This document shows positions 50,520 through 62,714 of a DNA stretch of 64,000 nt, one piece after another; positions within the stretch are counted from its first letter, which is position 1; every line of letters begins with the position of its first letter. The stretch spans positions 75,082,001 to 75,146,000 of the forward strand of contig OX597831.1 of the NCBI GenBank assembly GCA_951406725.2. Reading direction: 5' to 3'. The position numbers and the translations under genes are program-made. Source of the DNA: Octopus vulgaris. Taxonomy: Eukaryota. Under the pieces are notes generated by a model, which was given only the letters and a program-made list of their open reading frames with translations, did no database searches and was not told where the DNA came from.

Positions 50520-50870
50520 TACTTCTTTGTCATTTGACTGCAGCCATGCTGGAGCACTGCCATTGGTCAAATAAATTGACCCTAGCACTTATTCTGTCGG
50601 TCTCTTTTGCCAAACCACTAAGTTTTGGGAACATAAACACACCAACATTGGTGGGGAGACAGACACACACACATAAATATATAGACATATATATATATAT
50701 ATATATATAAGATGGGCTTCTTCCAGTTTCCATATACCAAATCCACTCACAAGGTTTTGGTTGACCAGAGGTTATAGCAGAAGACACTTGCCCAAGGTTC
50801 CACACAGTGGGACTGAACCCGGAACCATGTGGTTGGGAAGCAAGCTTCTTACCACACAGCCTTGCCTGTG
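50520..50870 (-). mobile_element. SINE family A, degenerate
   Basis: Reverse-complement match. Confidence 0.85.
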
Positions 50871-51077
50871 CTTATATATATTTTGGTGAAAATGGTTTTA
50901 AGTGGTGTTAAGTTTCACATTGGTATTTATTTATAAGCTTAAAGCTTACATGCCCCATTATTAGACTATTTTCCTTAGTCAACTGCACAATGATCACTAT
51001 AAAATTTAAGCTTCTAAAAAAACACCATTATACATATATGAGCTTCTTTCAGTTTCTGTTTACCAAATTTATATTAT

Positions 51078-51454
51078 ATGGCTGTGTGGTAAGTAGCTTG
51101 CTTCCCAACCACATGGTTCTAGGTTCAGTCCCTTGAACAAGTGTCTTCTACTATAGCCTCAGGCCAACCAAAGCCTTGTGAGTGGATTTGGTAGATGGAA
51201 ACTGAAAGAAGCCCATTGTATATATATATATATATGTTTGTGTGTGTGTATATTTGTGTGTCCGTGTTTGTCCCCCAACACTGCTTGACAACCGATGCTG
51301 GTGTGCTTACGTCCTCGTAACTTAGCAGTTCGGCAAAAGAGACCGATAGAATAAGTACTAGGCTTACAAAGAATAAGTCCTGGGGTCGATTTCTTCGACT
51401 AAAGGCGGTGCTGCAGCATGGCTGCAGTCAAATGACTGAAACAAGTAAAAGAGT
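51078..51454 (+). mobile_element. SINE family A
   Basis: Small internal deletion after ggttcagtccc. Confidence 0.9.
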
Positions 51455-51746
51455 ATATATATATATATATGGAAGAAAGTTTGAAAATGCAAAGGTCTTT
51501 TAGAGATGTTTATTGACTTGAACGGTTTCACTTTTTAGAAAAAGATTATCAAAAGTAAAATGTAAAGCTTTGTATAGGCTTTGCTGTATTAAATAATGGT
51601 TATCATAGTTGTATTAAAGTACAGTTATACAGTCTTTGATAATGATAAGAAAATGTTAAAAACAGTTTACATGAAAGTGTTTAAGAAAGGGAATGCAATA
51701 AGTATTTTGAGTTCAATAAAAATCATGTTTGTTTGGTAGTATATAT

Positions 51747-51866
51747 ATATACAGAAGTATATTTAAGAATTTACAAAAAATTGGAAAGGAATAACTTGGA
51801 TGGCCTGAGGCTAAAGCAGTTGTTCTTCTATTTTTTGTAAATTCTTAATTATATCTTCTTCTGTAT
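51747..51866. repeat. Short fold-back palindrome between TA runs
   Basis: taagaatttacaaaaaat / attttttgtaaattctta and flanks. Confidence 0.85.
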
Positions 51867-51887
51867 ATGTGTATATATATGTATATA

Positions 51888-53083
51888 TAAATTAAATTCG
51901 AGATAAAACCACTATTAGGCAACTCAAACAGTGATAGACATAAACCAATACATAAATAACAAAAAATATAAATATAATTAATAAAATATATAATATATAT
52001 ATATAAATATAAAATTTTAATTTTTATATTTAAAATTTTTTTTTTAATACTAACCAAAAAGTATAAAAAAAAGATAAATATAATATAAGTAAAAACACTA
52101 CGTATGTTTCATGGCTATAATTAAATTCAAATTACAATTAAGTTTAAATTCAATTGAAAATTCGAATTAAAATTATAGTCAATCTTCAGGTTAATAGTTA
52201 AGTAAGCAAATTAGAGTTAAACAATATTTTTTAAGAAATAAATAAAATAATAATTTTTCTTATAAGAAAACTCTATTATCTAAATTAGAAACTTAAAACA
52301 TTAGGATTATGTCATACAACCCATTTATTATGTTAAATTTTTATTTTTAAGGTAAAAAAATAGATAGAAATATGTATTTATCTATTAAGATATAATATGG
52401 CTTTAAAAAAACATAATAAACTCATGAATATCGTTAACTTAGTAATAGTCCAATATCTAATTACCAAATTATTTAAGAAAATAATCACTATTTGTATTTT
52501 TAGATTTAAGTTCACATCTAATAATTATAAAATATTTAAAAATAACTAAATTATTATCAACAAATATAGTAATTAAAATCTAAAATTTACTCTGTCAATA
52601 ATTATATAGACATATAACGAAAATAAATTAATTAATTAGTCCATTATTACTTACATAAATATTAAATATTAATATAATATATTTATGAAATACATTAAAA
52701 AATTAAAGATTAAAAATCAAATTATAAACGTATAACCTATCTTGAAGAACCGTATAACTATTTTACGATCTATATATCTCGTTGGCTAAGTAATATCTTG
52801 CAAATAACGTACAGTTATAATCTAATAATTAAATACATATCATCAACAACTAAATAATTATAGAATCAAATTAACAATCAGTAGTTATATAGTATACAAT
52901 ACAATAGAATAAAACTTATTAAAATACTTCAAAATCTTAAATAGAAAAGGTTTACTTAGCTTTCAAAAATCGTGTCATTAAACTAAAATTTTAAAACAGA
53001 AAATTTTTATTTATATTTATACTGTGAAATTTGATTTAATCCTAAATCTAATTTTTCCCTGTAAGTTTGGATATACTCCCTAA

Positions 53084-53095
<12 letters not shown>
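51888..53095. mobile_element. Extremely AT-rich Penelope-like non-autonomous element with hammerhead motif (- strand, 52094-52194)
   Basis: Left end shared with 58633 and 2190-2230; right end shared with 29090-29170; minus CTGAAGA-72-nt hairpin-GAAA-C-atac-G-TA. Confidence 0.65.
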
Positions 53096-53146
<51 letters not shown>

Positions 53147-54231
53147 TACTACACAAACATGATTTTTATTGAACTCAAAATACTTATTGCATTCCCTTTC
53201 TTAAACACTTTCATGTAAACTGTTTTTAACATTTTCTTATTATTATCAAAGACTGTGTAACTGTACTTTAATTCAACTATGATAACCATTATTTAACACA
53301 ACAAAGCCTATACAAAGCTTTACATTTTACTTTTGATGATCATTTTTTAAAAAAGTGAAACCGGTCGAGTTAATAAACATCTTTAAAAGACCTTTGCATT
53401 TTCAAACTTTCTTCCATATATATTTTCACTTGTATGGTAGCTTACAACTTTAGTTTGTTTTATATATATATATATAAATGTATGTATAAACATAGAGAGA
53501 GATTAGTCACACTGTTAACAGTAAGATATGAATATAGTGTGGTCTGTGCCTCAGAACCCGTTATGAAACATCTCTTGTAGATGCCAGCTGCACCACATGA
53601 CGGAATGAACCCAGTACAACATGGCTGAAAGGTGAACATCTTAACCACATGACCATGCCTACACACACACACACACACGTGAGAAAGTTAAAACACAGTA
53701 TATTTTATTTAACGATTTTCAGTCCGTTTCCTGTCTCACATTGTTGTAATTATTACAACAATAAATAATAATTATTTTATATTTAAATATTCTTTTCTTT
53801 TTCTTTCAAAAAATATTGATTACAAACACATTTTTTATGCCTCAGGCAAAGAAGCATCATTTAATGTGGTGTGTGTGTGTGACAGTGTGAGTATGTACAT
53901 TTGTGTGAGACTGTGTATAAAGTGTGTGTGTATATGAGGTTCTTTGTGTGCGTTTCTCATTGAGACCACTTGAGGTTTCTTTCAGAAAATAAACCAACTT
54001 GAATAATTCAAGTCTTTGGACAAAATTAATCTAAACAAACATTATTTCTGAAGAATAAAAATTATGGAGACAAGACAAAAAACCTCTCTTCCTAAAAACA
54101 TGTAACACCATTTTCACGCTTATGCACACATACGAACACCTATCTCAATATATATAGAGGCAACTATATATATATCCAGATATACATTCCACAATATGTG
54201 CATGTGTATATATATATATATTTTTTTTTTT

Positions 54232-54460
54232 TTCTTTGTTGCCCACAAGGGACTAAACACAGAGGGGGACAAACAAGGACAGACAAACGGATTAAGCCGA
54301 TTACATCAACCTCAGTGCATAACTGGTACTTATTTCATCGACCCCGAAAGGGTGAAAGGCAAAGACGACCTCGGCAGAATTTGAACTCACAACGTAACGG
54401 CAGATGACATATGGCTACGCATTTCGCCCGGCGTGCTAACGCTTCAGCCAGCTCGCCGCC
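54232..54460 (-). mobile_element. SINE family B, full length
   Basis: Ends gccagctcgccgcc on +. Confidence 0.88.
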
Positions 54461-54499
54461 TTATATGTGTATATATATATATATATGTGTGTGTGGACA

Positions 54500-56172
54500 G
54501 CAGTATGGTAGATAAGGCCATAGAAACCGGGAAAGCCGTTGGTCCCACGGCTGTGATGCTCCAAGTATCCAGTAAGGTAAAGTACAGGCTAATCACCCAC
54601 ATAATTAATCACATCATTCAGGAAGGTGTAATACCCAATGACTGGCATAGCAGCATTATTGTTAGTTGCTACAAGGGTTAAGGGTACTGCTTTAGGGAGA
54701 AGCAATTATCAAACTTCTAGACTCAGTGATGAAAATTAGAGAGAGAGAGTTATTGCCCAATTAATTAACAGCAGAATTAGTCAAGATGGGAAGAAGCACA
54801 AAGCTTTGAATAAACCATTTCGGTTGGCATTTGTAGATCTAGAGAAAGCTGCTGATAGAGTGCCCCGCCATTGTGATATGGTGGGCATTGAGGTGGCTAG
54901 GGAAAGCTGTACAGGTCATGTATAAAGATATTGTCTGTAAGGTGAGAGTCAACCACAAGTAGAGCAAAGAATTTGGTATACAGGTACTGGTTCATCAAAG
55001 CATAGTCCTCAGTCCCCTCCTTTTCATCATTGTCCTCCAAGCCATAATAGAGGAAGTCAAGACCAGCAGACCCCAGCATTTTGCCATCTTGGCAGATTCC
55101 ATATCAGAGCAAAACCTGGAATCTAAAGGCCTTAAGGTTAACTTAGCAAAGACTAAGGTCCTAATAAGCAAGAAAACTGATATGACCCTACATGCTTCAG
55201 GTAGATGGCCCTGTTCAATTTGTAGGAAAGGTGTAGACAAGAACTCTATATGGTGTACCCAGTGTAAGCTATAGACACCCAAGAGGTGCACTGCTTAATA
55301 GGAAGGTTACCAGAGAAGGTGATATGTGAAAGATGCAGAGGATCCATAGAAACTAGAGACTCGGGGAAATTAATTCTCTCAAATTTCTGCTACCAAGGGG
55401 ACCAAATTAGAAGAGGGGGAGGGTGCATGGTAGCTAGACTATAAGAATAGGATGGAGGAAATTGAGAGAGCTTTTTTACCTCTGTTGGCTACGAAAGGTT
55501 TCACTCACTGAGTGAAAGGAGGATTGTATAATGCCTGTATACAGAGAGCAATTCTACATGGTAGTAAGATGTGGCCCCCGAATGCAGGGGACATGTGGAG
55601 GGTAGAGAAGAACGAGGCTAGTATAATCCAGTGGATGTGTAATTCAAGTGTACATGTTCGACAGTGTTGGTGTATTGAGAGAGAAGTTTGGCATTAAGAG
55701 GAATTGGTTGCTGTGTACAAGAGTGAAGATGGCACTGGTTTGGTCATGTGATGTGGATGGATGCTGACAGACAGTTCCATAAAGAGGTGCCAATAGGAAG
55801 ACATGGAACAAAGTGTAGAAGAATAACCTGAGGCTGCCGAAACTTTCAGGTGAGACGACAAAGGACCGAGACACCTGGCGCCTTGCTGTACTCAAGAAGA
55901 CCGATACTCTGCATGGGAGATGTTAGACTGGTTCACCCTGACCCAGTGGTGAGTATTGACCTGCAAGTAGTCTTTGCTCGTGCCACATAAAAGTAGCCCT
56001 TCAGTGCCATGTAAAAGCATCCAGTCCACACTCTGTAACTTGGTTGGCATTAGAAAGGGCATCCAGCCATAGAGACCAGGCCAAATCAGACATGGAGTCT
56101 GGTGCAGCCCCCGCCAGCTCTGGTCAAACCATCCAACCCATGCGAGTATGGACAATGGACATTAAATGATGG
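54500..56172 (+). pseudogene. Degenerate RTE-clade LINE (RT domain to 3' tail)
   Basis: IPNDWHSSIIVSCYKG, AFVDLEKA, VLSPLLFII, GLKVNLAKTKVL, WPCSICRKGV, LHGSKMW across stops and frameshifts; family C 3' end. Confidence 0.88.
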
Positions 56173-56183
56173 TACATATATAT

Positions 56184-56413
56184 ATTTCATTATTGCCCAC
56201 AAGGGGCTAAACATAGAGGGGACAAACAAGGACAGACAAAGGGATTAAGTCGATTACATCGACCCCAGTGCGTAACTGGTACTTTATTTATCGACCCCGA
56301 AAGGATGAAAGGCAAAGTCGACCTCGACGGAATTTGAACCCAGAATGTAAGGACAGACAAAATACTGCTAAGCATTTTGCCCAGCGTGCTAACGATTCTG
56401 CCAACTCACCGCC
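56184..56413 (-). mobile_element. SINE family B, full length
   Basis: Matches 54232-54460. Confidence 0.88.
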
Positions 56414-56425
56414 TTGTATGTATAT

Positions 56426-56591
56426 ATCATCATCATCATCGTCGTTTAACGTCCGTTCTCCATGCTAGCATGGGTTGGACGGTACGACCGGAGTTCTGGG
56501 AAGCCAGAAGGCTGCACCAGGCTCCAGTCTAATCTGGCAATGTTTCTACAGCTGGATGCCCTTCCTAACGCCAACCACTCCGTGAGTGTAG
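56426..56591 (-). mobile_element. RTE LINE 3' end (family C)
   Basis: Tail and core motifs. Confidence 0.85.
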
Positions 56592-57140
56592 ATATATATA
56601 TATTTTTATCCAAGGGGAGGCAATGTGAGCAACAACCACAGGAACATTACAAAATCCACAGAAAGATCAAACACATACATATATTCATTCATATTTATAA
56701 AGCCCGACATTTAAAAATTTAGTAATATATAAATAAATATATCATATAAAAATATAAATTTTGTATTATAACACCTTGAATTTATGCTTAAAACATTTAG
56801 TATAAATTTGTTACAATAAAAGAAATAAAAATAATAAATAAGATATAAAGCATACAATGACATAATAAAAGACGAATTAAAATTCTAGAGAAATGTACAT
56901 AGAAGATAATAATTATACAAGTTTACAAAGATACATACAAGTCCATCTACGGGCCGTTTCGGAGATGCGCCAATTAATATGGGACATATATTTAAAATTG
57001 ACACATTTATACTAAATGTTTTAAGCGTAAATTCAAGGTGTTATATACAAAATTTATATTTTTATATGATATACTAGCTTAAGGTGACCCACTCTACGCA
57101 CGGGTAAGAGTGTGGTTGTTACTTTCTGTTGCTTCCTTTC

Positions 57141-57450
57141 AGCACGTAAAAAGCACCATCCGAACGTGGCCGATTGCAGCGCCGCCTTGACTGGCTTCTG
57201 TGCCGGTGGCATGTAAAAAGCACCAACCGATCGTGGCCGCTGCCAGCCCCGCCATCACCTGTGCCGGTGGCACGAAAAAAGTATCCACTACAATCACAGA
57301 GTGGTTGGCATTAGGAAGGGCATCCAGCTGTAGAAACACTACCAGATCAGACTGGAGCCTGGTGCAGCCTCCTGGCTTCCCAGACCCCGGTCAAACTGTC
57401 CAACCCGTGCTAGCATGGAAAAGGGACGTTAAATGATGATGATGATGATG
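57141..57450 (+). mobile_element. RTE LINE 3' end (family C)
   Basis: Core and (GAT)n tail. Confidence 0.85.
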
Positions 57451-57712
57451 ACGATTCTCCCTCTTTGTTTCTCTCTCACTTTCCCACTCTCTTACTTTTC
57501 TTTTCTCTCGGACTCTCCCTCGCTTTCTCTTACTCTCTATCTTTATCTATCTCTCTCCCATTTATAAACAACAGAAGATCTTGAGTAAGTTGAGAAATAA
57601 AATATTTAGAAAGATCAATCATAAATATCAGGCAGTGGCAACGAAAAGGTCTGCTTCAAGGCAAACAGCAAAACACTAACATTTAAAAGGGACAGACGAA
57701 CTTGCGAGCTGA

Positions 57713-58010
57713 ATCATCATCATTTCATTTAGCGTCCGTTTTCCATGCTAGCATGGTTGGACGGTTCTACTGGGGTCTGTGAAGCCAGAAGGCTTCATCA
57801 GGCCCAGTCAAATCTGGCAGTGTTTCTACGGCTGGATGCCCTTCCTAACGCCAACCACTCCGTGAGTGTAGTGGGTGCTTTTACGTGCCACCCGCACTGG
57901 TGCCAGACAGAGCTGGCAAACGGCCACGAACGGATGGTGCTTTTTATGTGCCACCGGCACGAGGGCCAGGCGAGGCTGGCAACGGACATGAAACGGGGCG
58001 GTGCTGGCAA
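57713..58010 (-). mobile_element. RTE LINE 3' end (family C)
   Basis: Core and tail. Confidence 0.85.
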
Positions 58011-59515
58011 AAATAATAAAATATTGGAAACCAAAGTTTGAAGGGATAGAATCTGAGGATAGTAGAGTCAGCATGGCTGGCATTTGTTAACGACGGACAG
58101 CAACGTAGTGGCAGTTTAACAGCTGGCGTAAAATTTTGAACTTGATGTAAAAGAAAATTCCTAAACACCAAGTTTTGAAGTGATTCTTTCTCACGACAGT
58201 AGACTCACCATGGCAAGCATTCAAAACTTCTTCATCATGGACAGCAACACATTGACGATTAAAAGGCTGGCACAAATTTTTTAGCTTGATGTAACAGAAT
58301 TCGTAAATACCCGCTCCTTTAAATTTTAATCCCCTTCCAGCCCCATTTAGACCCCTTTTCACATTTTGGTTAATATAACCCGATTTCATTCGGGTCTACT
58401 GGGGCCACATTTTATAAGATGAGGAATTTTGTCCTAGAGGTGACGCCTTTCAGTTGAGGAAAAAAATAGTTGTCATGCAAACTTGCCAGCACTTTTAACA
58501 TAGGAGTGCATATTTTCAGCTCAACCGACCACATAATACACACATTATATATATATATATATATGTATATATATGTGTGTGTGTGCACGCATTATATATA
58601 CAAATCTATACAACTTATATATATATATGTATAAATTAAGTGAGAGATAAAACCACTAATAGGCAAATCAAACAGTGAAAAACATAAACCAAAACATAAA
58701 AATAAAAATATAATATAGAAAATATAAAATTGAAAAATTTAAATTATTTAAATTTAAAATAAAAATTATTAATTTATATTTATAATTTTTTAAAAATATA
58801 TATAACTATCAAAAAGTATTAAAAAGTTTACTATACATAAATACAGATATATACACTTTGTATATATACATTATATATATATATTTATATATAGAACACA
58901 CACACACACACATATATAAATTAACCCAATAAATATCTGATTCATAATATTTGTTCTCATGATTGTGTGGTGGTGGTGGTGGCGATGATAATTCTGTCTA
59001 TGAATGCAGACAGACGTAGAGAGAGAGAGAGAGTGTGAAAGCGCTGTGGAAGGCGGGGAGGGGGAGATATAGAACGCCGTTTGAGGACGTTATAAAGAGA
59101 AAGTGAAGGGGAGTTAGACGCTGTTAGACGACGTTATATATAGAATGTGATGGGAAGGGAGGAAAGAGAGTGAGTGACGGAGGAAGACAGATACATAAAA
59201 GAATGAGAGTAGACTTGTGAAAGTGAGTTTTTGGCCCTAGCAACGACACCTTTTAAGATGGGGATTTCTAACCTAGCCCTAAATTTTTAAATTTTTAAAC
59301 GTCGGGCTTTATAGATATGAATGAATATATGAATGTTTGTATGTGTTTGATCTTTCTGTGGGTTTTGTGATGTTCCTGTGGTTGTTGCTCGCATTGCCTC
59401 CCCTCAGATGAAAAAAAGTGTATACAACTCATTAGAGCACTACTATTTCCAGTCCGTTGTATATCTTGAGGGTTGCTGTCACTCAAGATATAACTTTATA
59501 TTTTGTAATATATAT

Positions 59516-59916
59516 AATCAGAAATATTAAATTTCTAAATATCTCATAGAGATATGTACGGTGGTGGGGCGATAGAGTGGTTGTATACTGTCAACTTAAC
59601 GTGACAGTCCTGTAAGGGAATTACACCACCGCTGTTTAGCCCTAGGAAGCATCGACGCTTCCTGATGGCTTCGACACATTTCCTGTGTCCTTATATATTT
59701 ACGAAGGGGAGACAAATACCCCCAACAGCTAGGCCTGCATCTAGAGACACGCATGTTTCAGGGTCTTTGCCCATCATCGGTCTAGAGTAGTAGAAGCCTG
59801 CTAGCTGAAGACATCTGTCTCAATTTCGTAAATATATCTAATTTTCAGTGAAGTTTATTCACTGATCACCAAAATCAGAAATATTAAATTTCTAAATATC
59901 TCATAGAGATATGTAC
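59516..59916. repeat. 44-bp perfect direct repeats (59516-59559, 59873-59916) bracketing a structured insert
   Basis: aatcagaaatattaaatttctaaatatctcatagagatatgtac occurs twice. Confidence 0.92.
59740..59786 (-). ncRNA. Hammerhead motif with core variant
   Basis: Minus: tctaga-CCGATGA-t-ggg-caaaga-ccc-t-GAAA-C-atgcgt-G-TC-tctaga; 6-bp stem I; U4C change. Confidence 0.65.
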
Positions 59917-59921
59917 ATATA

Positions 59922-60320
59922 TACTCTTTTACTTGTTTCAGTCATTTGACTGTGGCCATGCTGGAGCACTGCCTTTAGTCGAGCAAATCAACCCCGGTAC
60001 TTATTCTTTGTAAGCCCAGTACTTATTCTATCGGTCTCTTTTGCCGAACTGCTAAGTTACAAGGACATAAACACACCAGCATCGGTTGTCAAGCAATGCT
60101 AGGGGGACAAACACAGACACACAAACACACACATACATATATATATATACATACATATATACGACAGGCTTCTTTCAGTTTCCGTCTACCAAATCCACTC
60201 ACAAGGCATTGGTCGGCCCGGGGCTATAGCAGAAGACACTTGCCCAAGGTGCCACGCAGTGGGACTGAACCCGGAACCATGTGGTTGGTTAGCAAGCTAC
60301 TTACCACACAGCCACTCCTG
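59922..60320 (-). mobile_element. SINE family A, near full length
   Basis: Reverse-complement match. Confidence 0.92.
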
Positions 60321-60647
60321 TGAAATATATATATATATTTCACGACCAAACCAGTGTAGTTTCGTCTCTTGCACATAAATCCTCTAAAATGAAGTGTCTT
60401 GTTCTAAGACACAATATTCCACCGAGACAAGGAATGGCACTCATGACATTATGATCACAAACCTAACATCTTAACCGTGAGCACCTGCGCCACCATAGTT
60501 AACAATACATTCAGGTTAGTAATTCGTTAATTAATGGAACAAGAAACAATTGGGAGCTGCTGTTCGGATGCTGACACGTATGACCACTGGCACGGCTAGC
60601 TGGACACTCAGCCTGTTTTGGTGCTGGAGGCAAAATACAAATCTATG

Positions 60648-61943
60648 TCATCATCATAGTTTAACGTCCACTTTCCGTGCTGGCATGGATGGGTCGGATG
60701 GTTTGACTGAGGACTGGCAAGCCAGGAGGCTGCACAAGGCTCCAATCTGATCGGACAAGGTTTCTGCAGCTGGATGCCCTTCCTAACACCAACCACTCTG
60801 TGAGTGTAGTGGGTGCTCTTTACATTCTATCAGCACAGGGGCGAGTCAGGTGGTACTGACATCAACCACGCTTGAATAGTGCTTTTTACGTGCTACAAGC
60901 AGAGGACCAGTCAGGCAGCACTGACATCAACCACACTTGTATGGGGCTTTTTACGTGCCAGTCAGGCAGTACTGGCATCTGCCACAATAAAGATTTCACT
61001 TGACTCAACAGGTCTTCTCAAGCACAGTTTATTGCCCAATGATTGAAGGGTATTCTTAAATGGACCGGTTATGTGACACTGGCATCAGCCATGGCTATGA
61101 TCTCACTTGGGTTCCCAGGTCTTCTCAAGCACAGCATATTTCCAAAGGTCTCAGTCGTTTGTCATTGCCTCAGTGAAGCCCAACGTTCAAAAGTTGTGCT
61201 TCACCACCTCATCCCAGGTCTTCCTGGGTCTACCTCTTCCACAGGTTCCCACCACTGTTAGAGCATGGCACTTCTTCACACACCTGTCCTCATCCATATG
61301 AAACACATGACCATACCAGCGCAGTCGTCTCTCTTGCACACCACATCTGATGCTTCTTATGTCCAACTTTCCTCTCAGGGTTCTTACACTGTGTTGTGTA
61401 TGCACACTGACATTACACATCCAGTGGAGCATACAAGCTTTATTTTTTGCAAGCTTACACATGTCTTCAGCAGTCACAGCCCATGTTTCACTGCCATGTA
61501 GCATGGCTGTTCACACACAATGCCTCATACAGACTACATTTCACTCTGAGCAAGAGGCCCTTTGTTACCAGCAGAGATCAGAGCTCTTTGAACTTTGCTC
61601 AGATTATTCTTATTCTAGCAGTTATGCTCTCAGAGCATCGACCCCTACTGCTGACTTGGTCACCTAGGTAACAGAAGCTATCAACTACTTCTAGTTTTCC
61701 CCCTGGCATGTGATGGAAGCTATTCTCTGCATATTTTCAGGGTTTATTGTCCCTGTGCATCTGCTACACACAAAAACTATCTTCCCAGTTAACCTTCCTT
61801 TGATATTGCTGCACCTCTTATGTGTCCACAGCTTACACCAGGTACATCTTATGGAGTTTCTACCCACGCCTTTTCTACAGATCAAGCAGGGCCATCTGCC
61901 TGAAGGGATTTTTGATCTGTCTGCTTTCCTACTTACTATGACT
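60648..61943 (-). pseudogene. 5'-truncated RTE-clade LINE (PHD-like finger, YLG motif, C-terminus, 3' UTR, (GAT)n tail)
   Basis: WPCLICRKGVGRNSIRCTWCKLWTHKRC..FVCSRC; LEVVDSFCYLGDQVS; LHGSETW; RRLRWYGHV; GRGRPRKTWDEVV. Confidence 0.92.
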
Positions 61944-62002
61944 TAAACATACAGATAAAAAGATTGGGAGACAAGGAGGAGACAGAGAGAATCATATTCA
62001 TT

Positions 62003-62195
62003 ATCATCATCATCATCTCATGTCCATTTTCTATGCTGGCATGGGTTGGACAGTTCGACAGGTGCTTGTAAGGGCCAGGAGCCACACCGGGTTCCCCTGT
62101 CTGTTTCCACAGCTGGATGCTTTTCCCGATGCCAACCTCTTTACAGAGTGGCACTGGGCACTTTTTCTGTGGCACCAGGACTTTTTACATGGCAC
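62003..62195 (-). mobile_element. RTE LINE 3' end (family C), degenerate
   Basis: Tail plus atgctggcatgggttggac and ctggatgc motifs. Confidence 0.7.
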
Positions 62196-62714
62196 AGAAA
62201 TAACACGAACCCTTTCCCTCTCCTTATACATGCAGAAAAATACATCAATGCTTAAAAAGAAGGAGAGTGAGAGAGAAGAAAGGAATGAAAGAAACATCAA
62301 AATGTTGAATGCCAAATAAATCAGCATCAAATAAATGATGCCAAATAGGCAGTGGCGCCAAAACATCTCATGTGTTAATTAATGACTTACCTGTTCAGGT
62401 AATCAGTCTGTATCCTTGAAGATTCTATTGACAAACACTGTCTACGTTTTGCAGCCTGGAAAAAAGAATTTATTTGCTGAATATCTCGACATTTACCAAA
62501 AAAATATTTCATCTTTTAAAATATTTCAAGCATAATTTCTTTCTCCTCCAAGTGTTTTAAAACATCCACTTTTTTTTTTTTTTTACATCTTAACATCTGC
62601 ACAGTTCACTTGAATAATCTTGCCATTTTAGGGTATTGCTACACAATGTGTTGGAACAGGAGTCTATGCTTGTTTATGCGGAGGTGTGTGTATGTGAGTT
62701 TATATGTCTGTATA

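Larger units (their letters stand above)
51465..53422. mobile_element. Long inverted repeat (arms ~51465-51745 and ~53140-53422) with hammerhead motifs, enclosing nested elements
   Basis: Arms are reverse complements; + 53329-53370 actt-TTGATGA..GAAA-C-cg-G-TC-gagt; mirror on - at 51516-51556 has TTGATAA. Confidence 0.85.
57074..59278 (-). mobile_element. Helitron-like element related to 1360-1990, with nested inserts
   Basis: 3' hairpin + CTAG at 57074-57110; 58840-59278 is the reverse complement of 1492-1915. Confidence 0.62.
56603..59417. mobile_element. Palindromic element (arms A 56603-56722, B 56738-56810, B' 57003-57073, A' 59279-59417) interrupted by a Helitron-like insert
   Basis: A/A' and B/B' are reverse complements; insert begins A|CTAG at 57074. 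Confidence 0.72.

Noticed and set aside
51888-53095. Mitochondrial insertion (extreme AT content)
   Set aside because: No recognisable mitochondrial gene or tRNA; both ends are shared with other nuclear repeats in the window.
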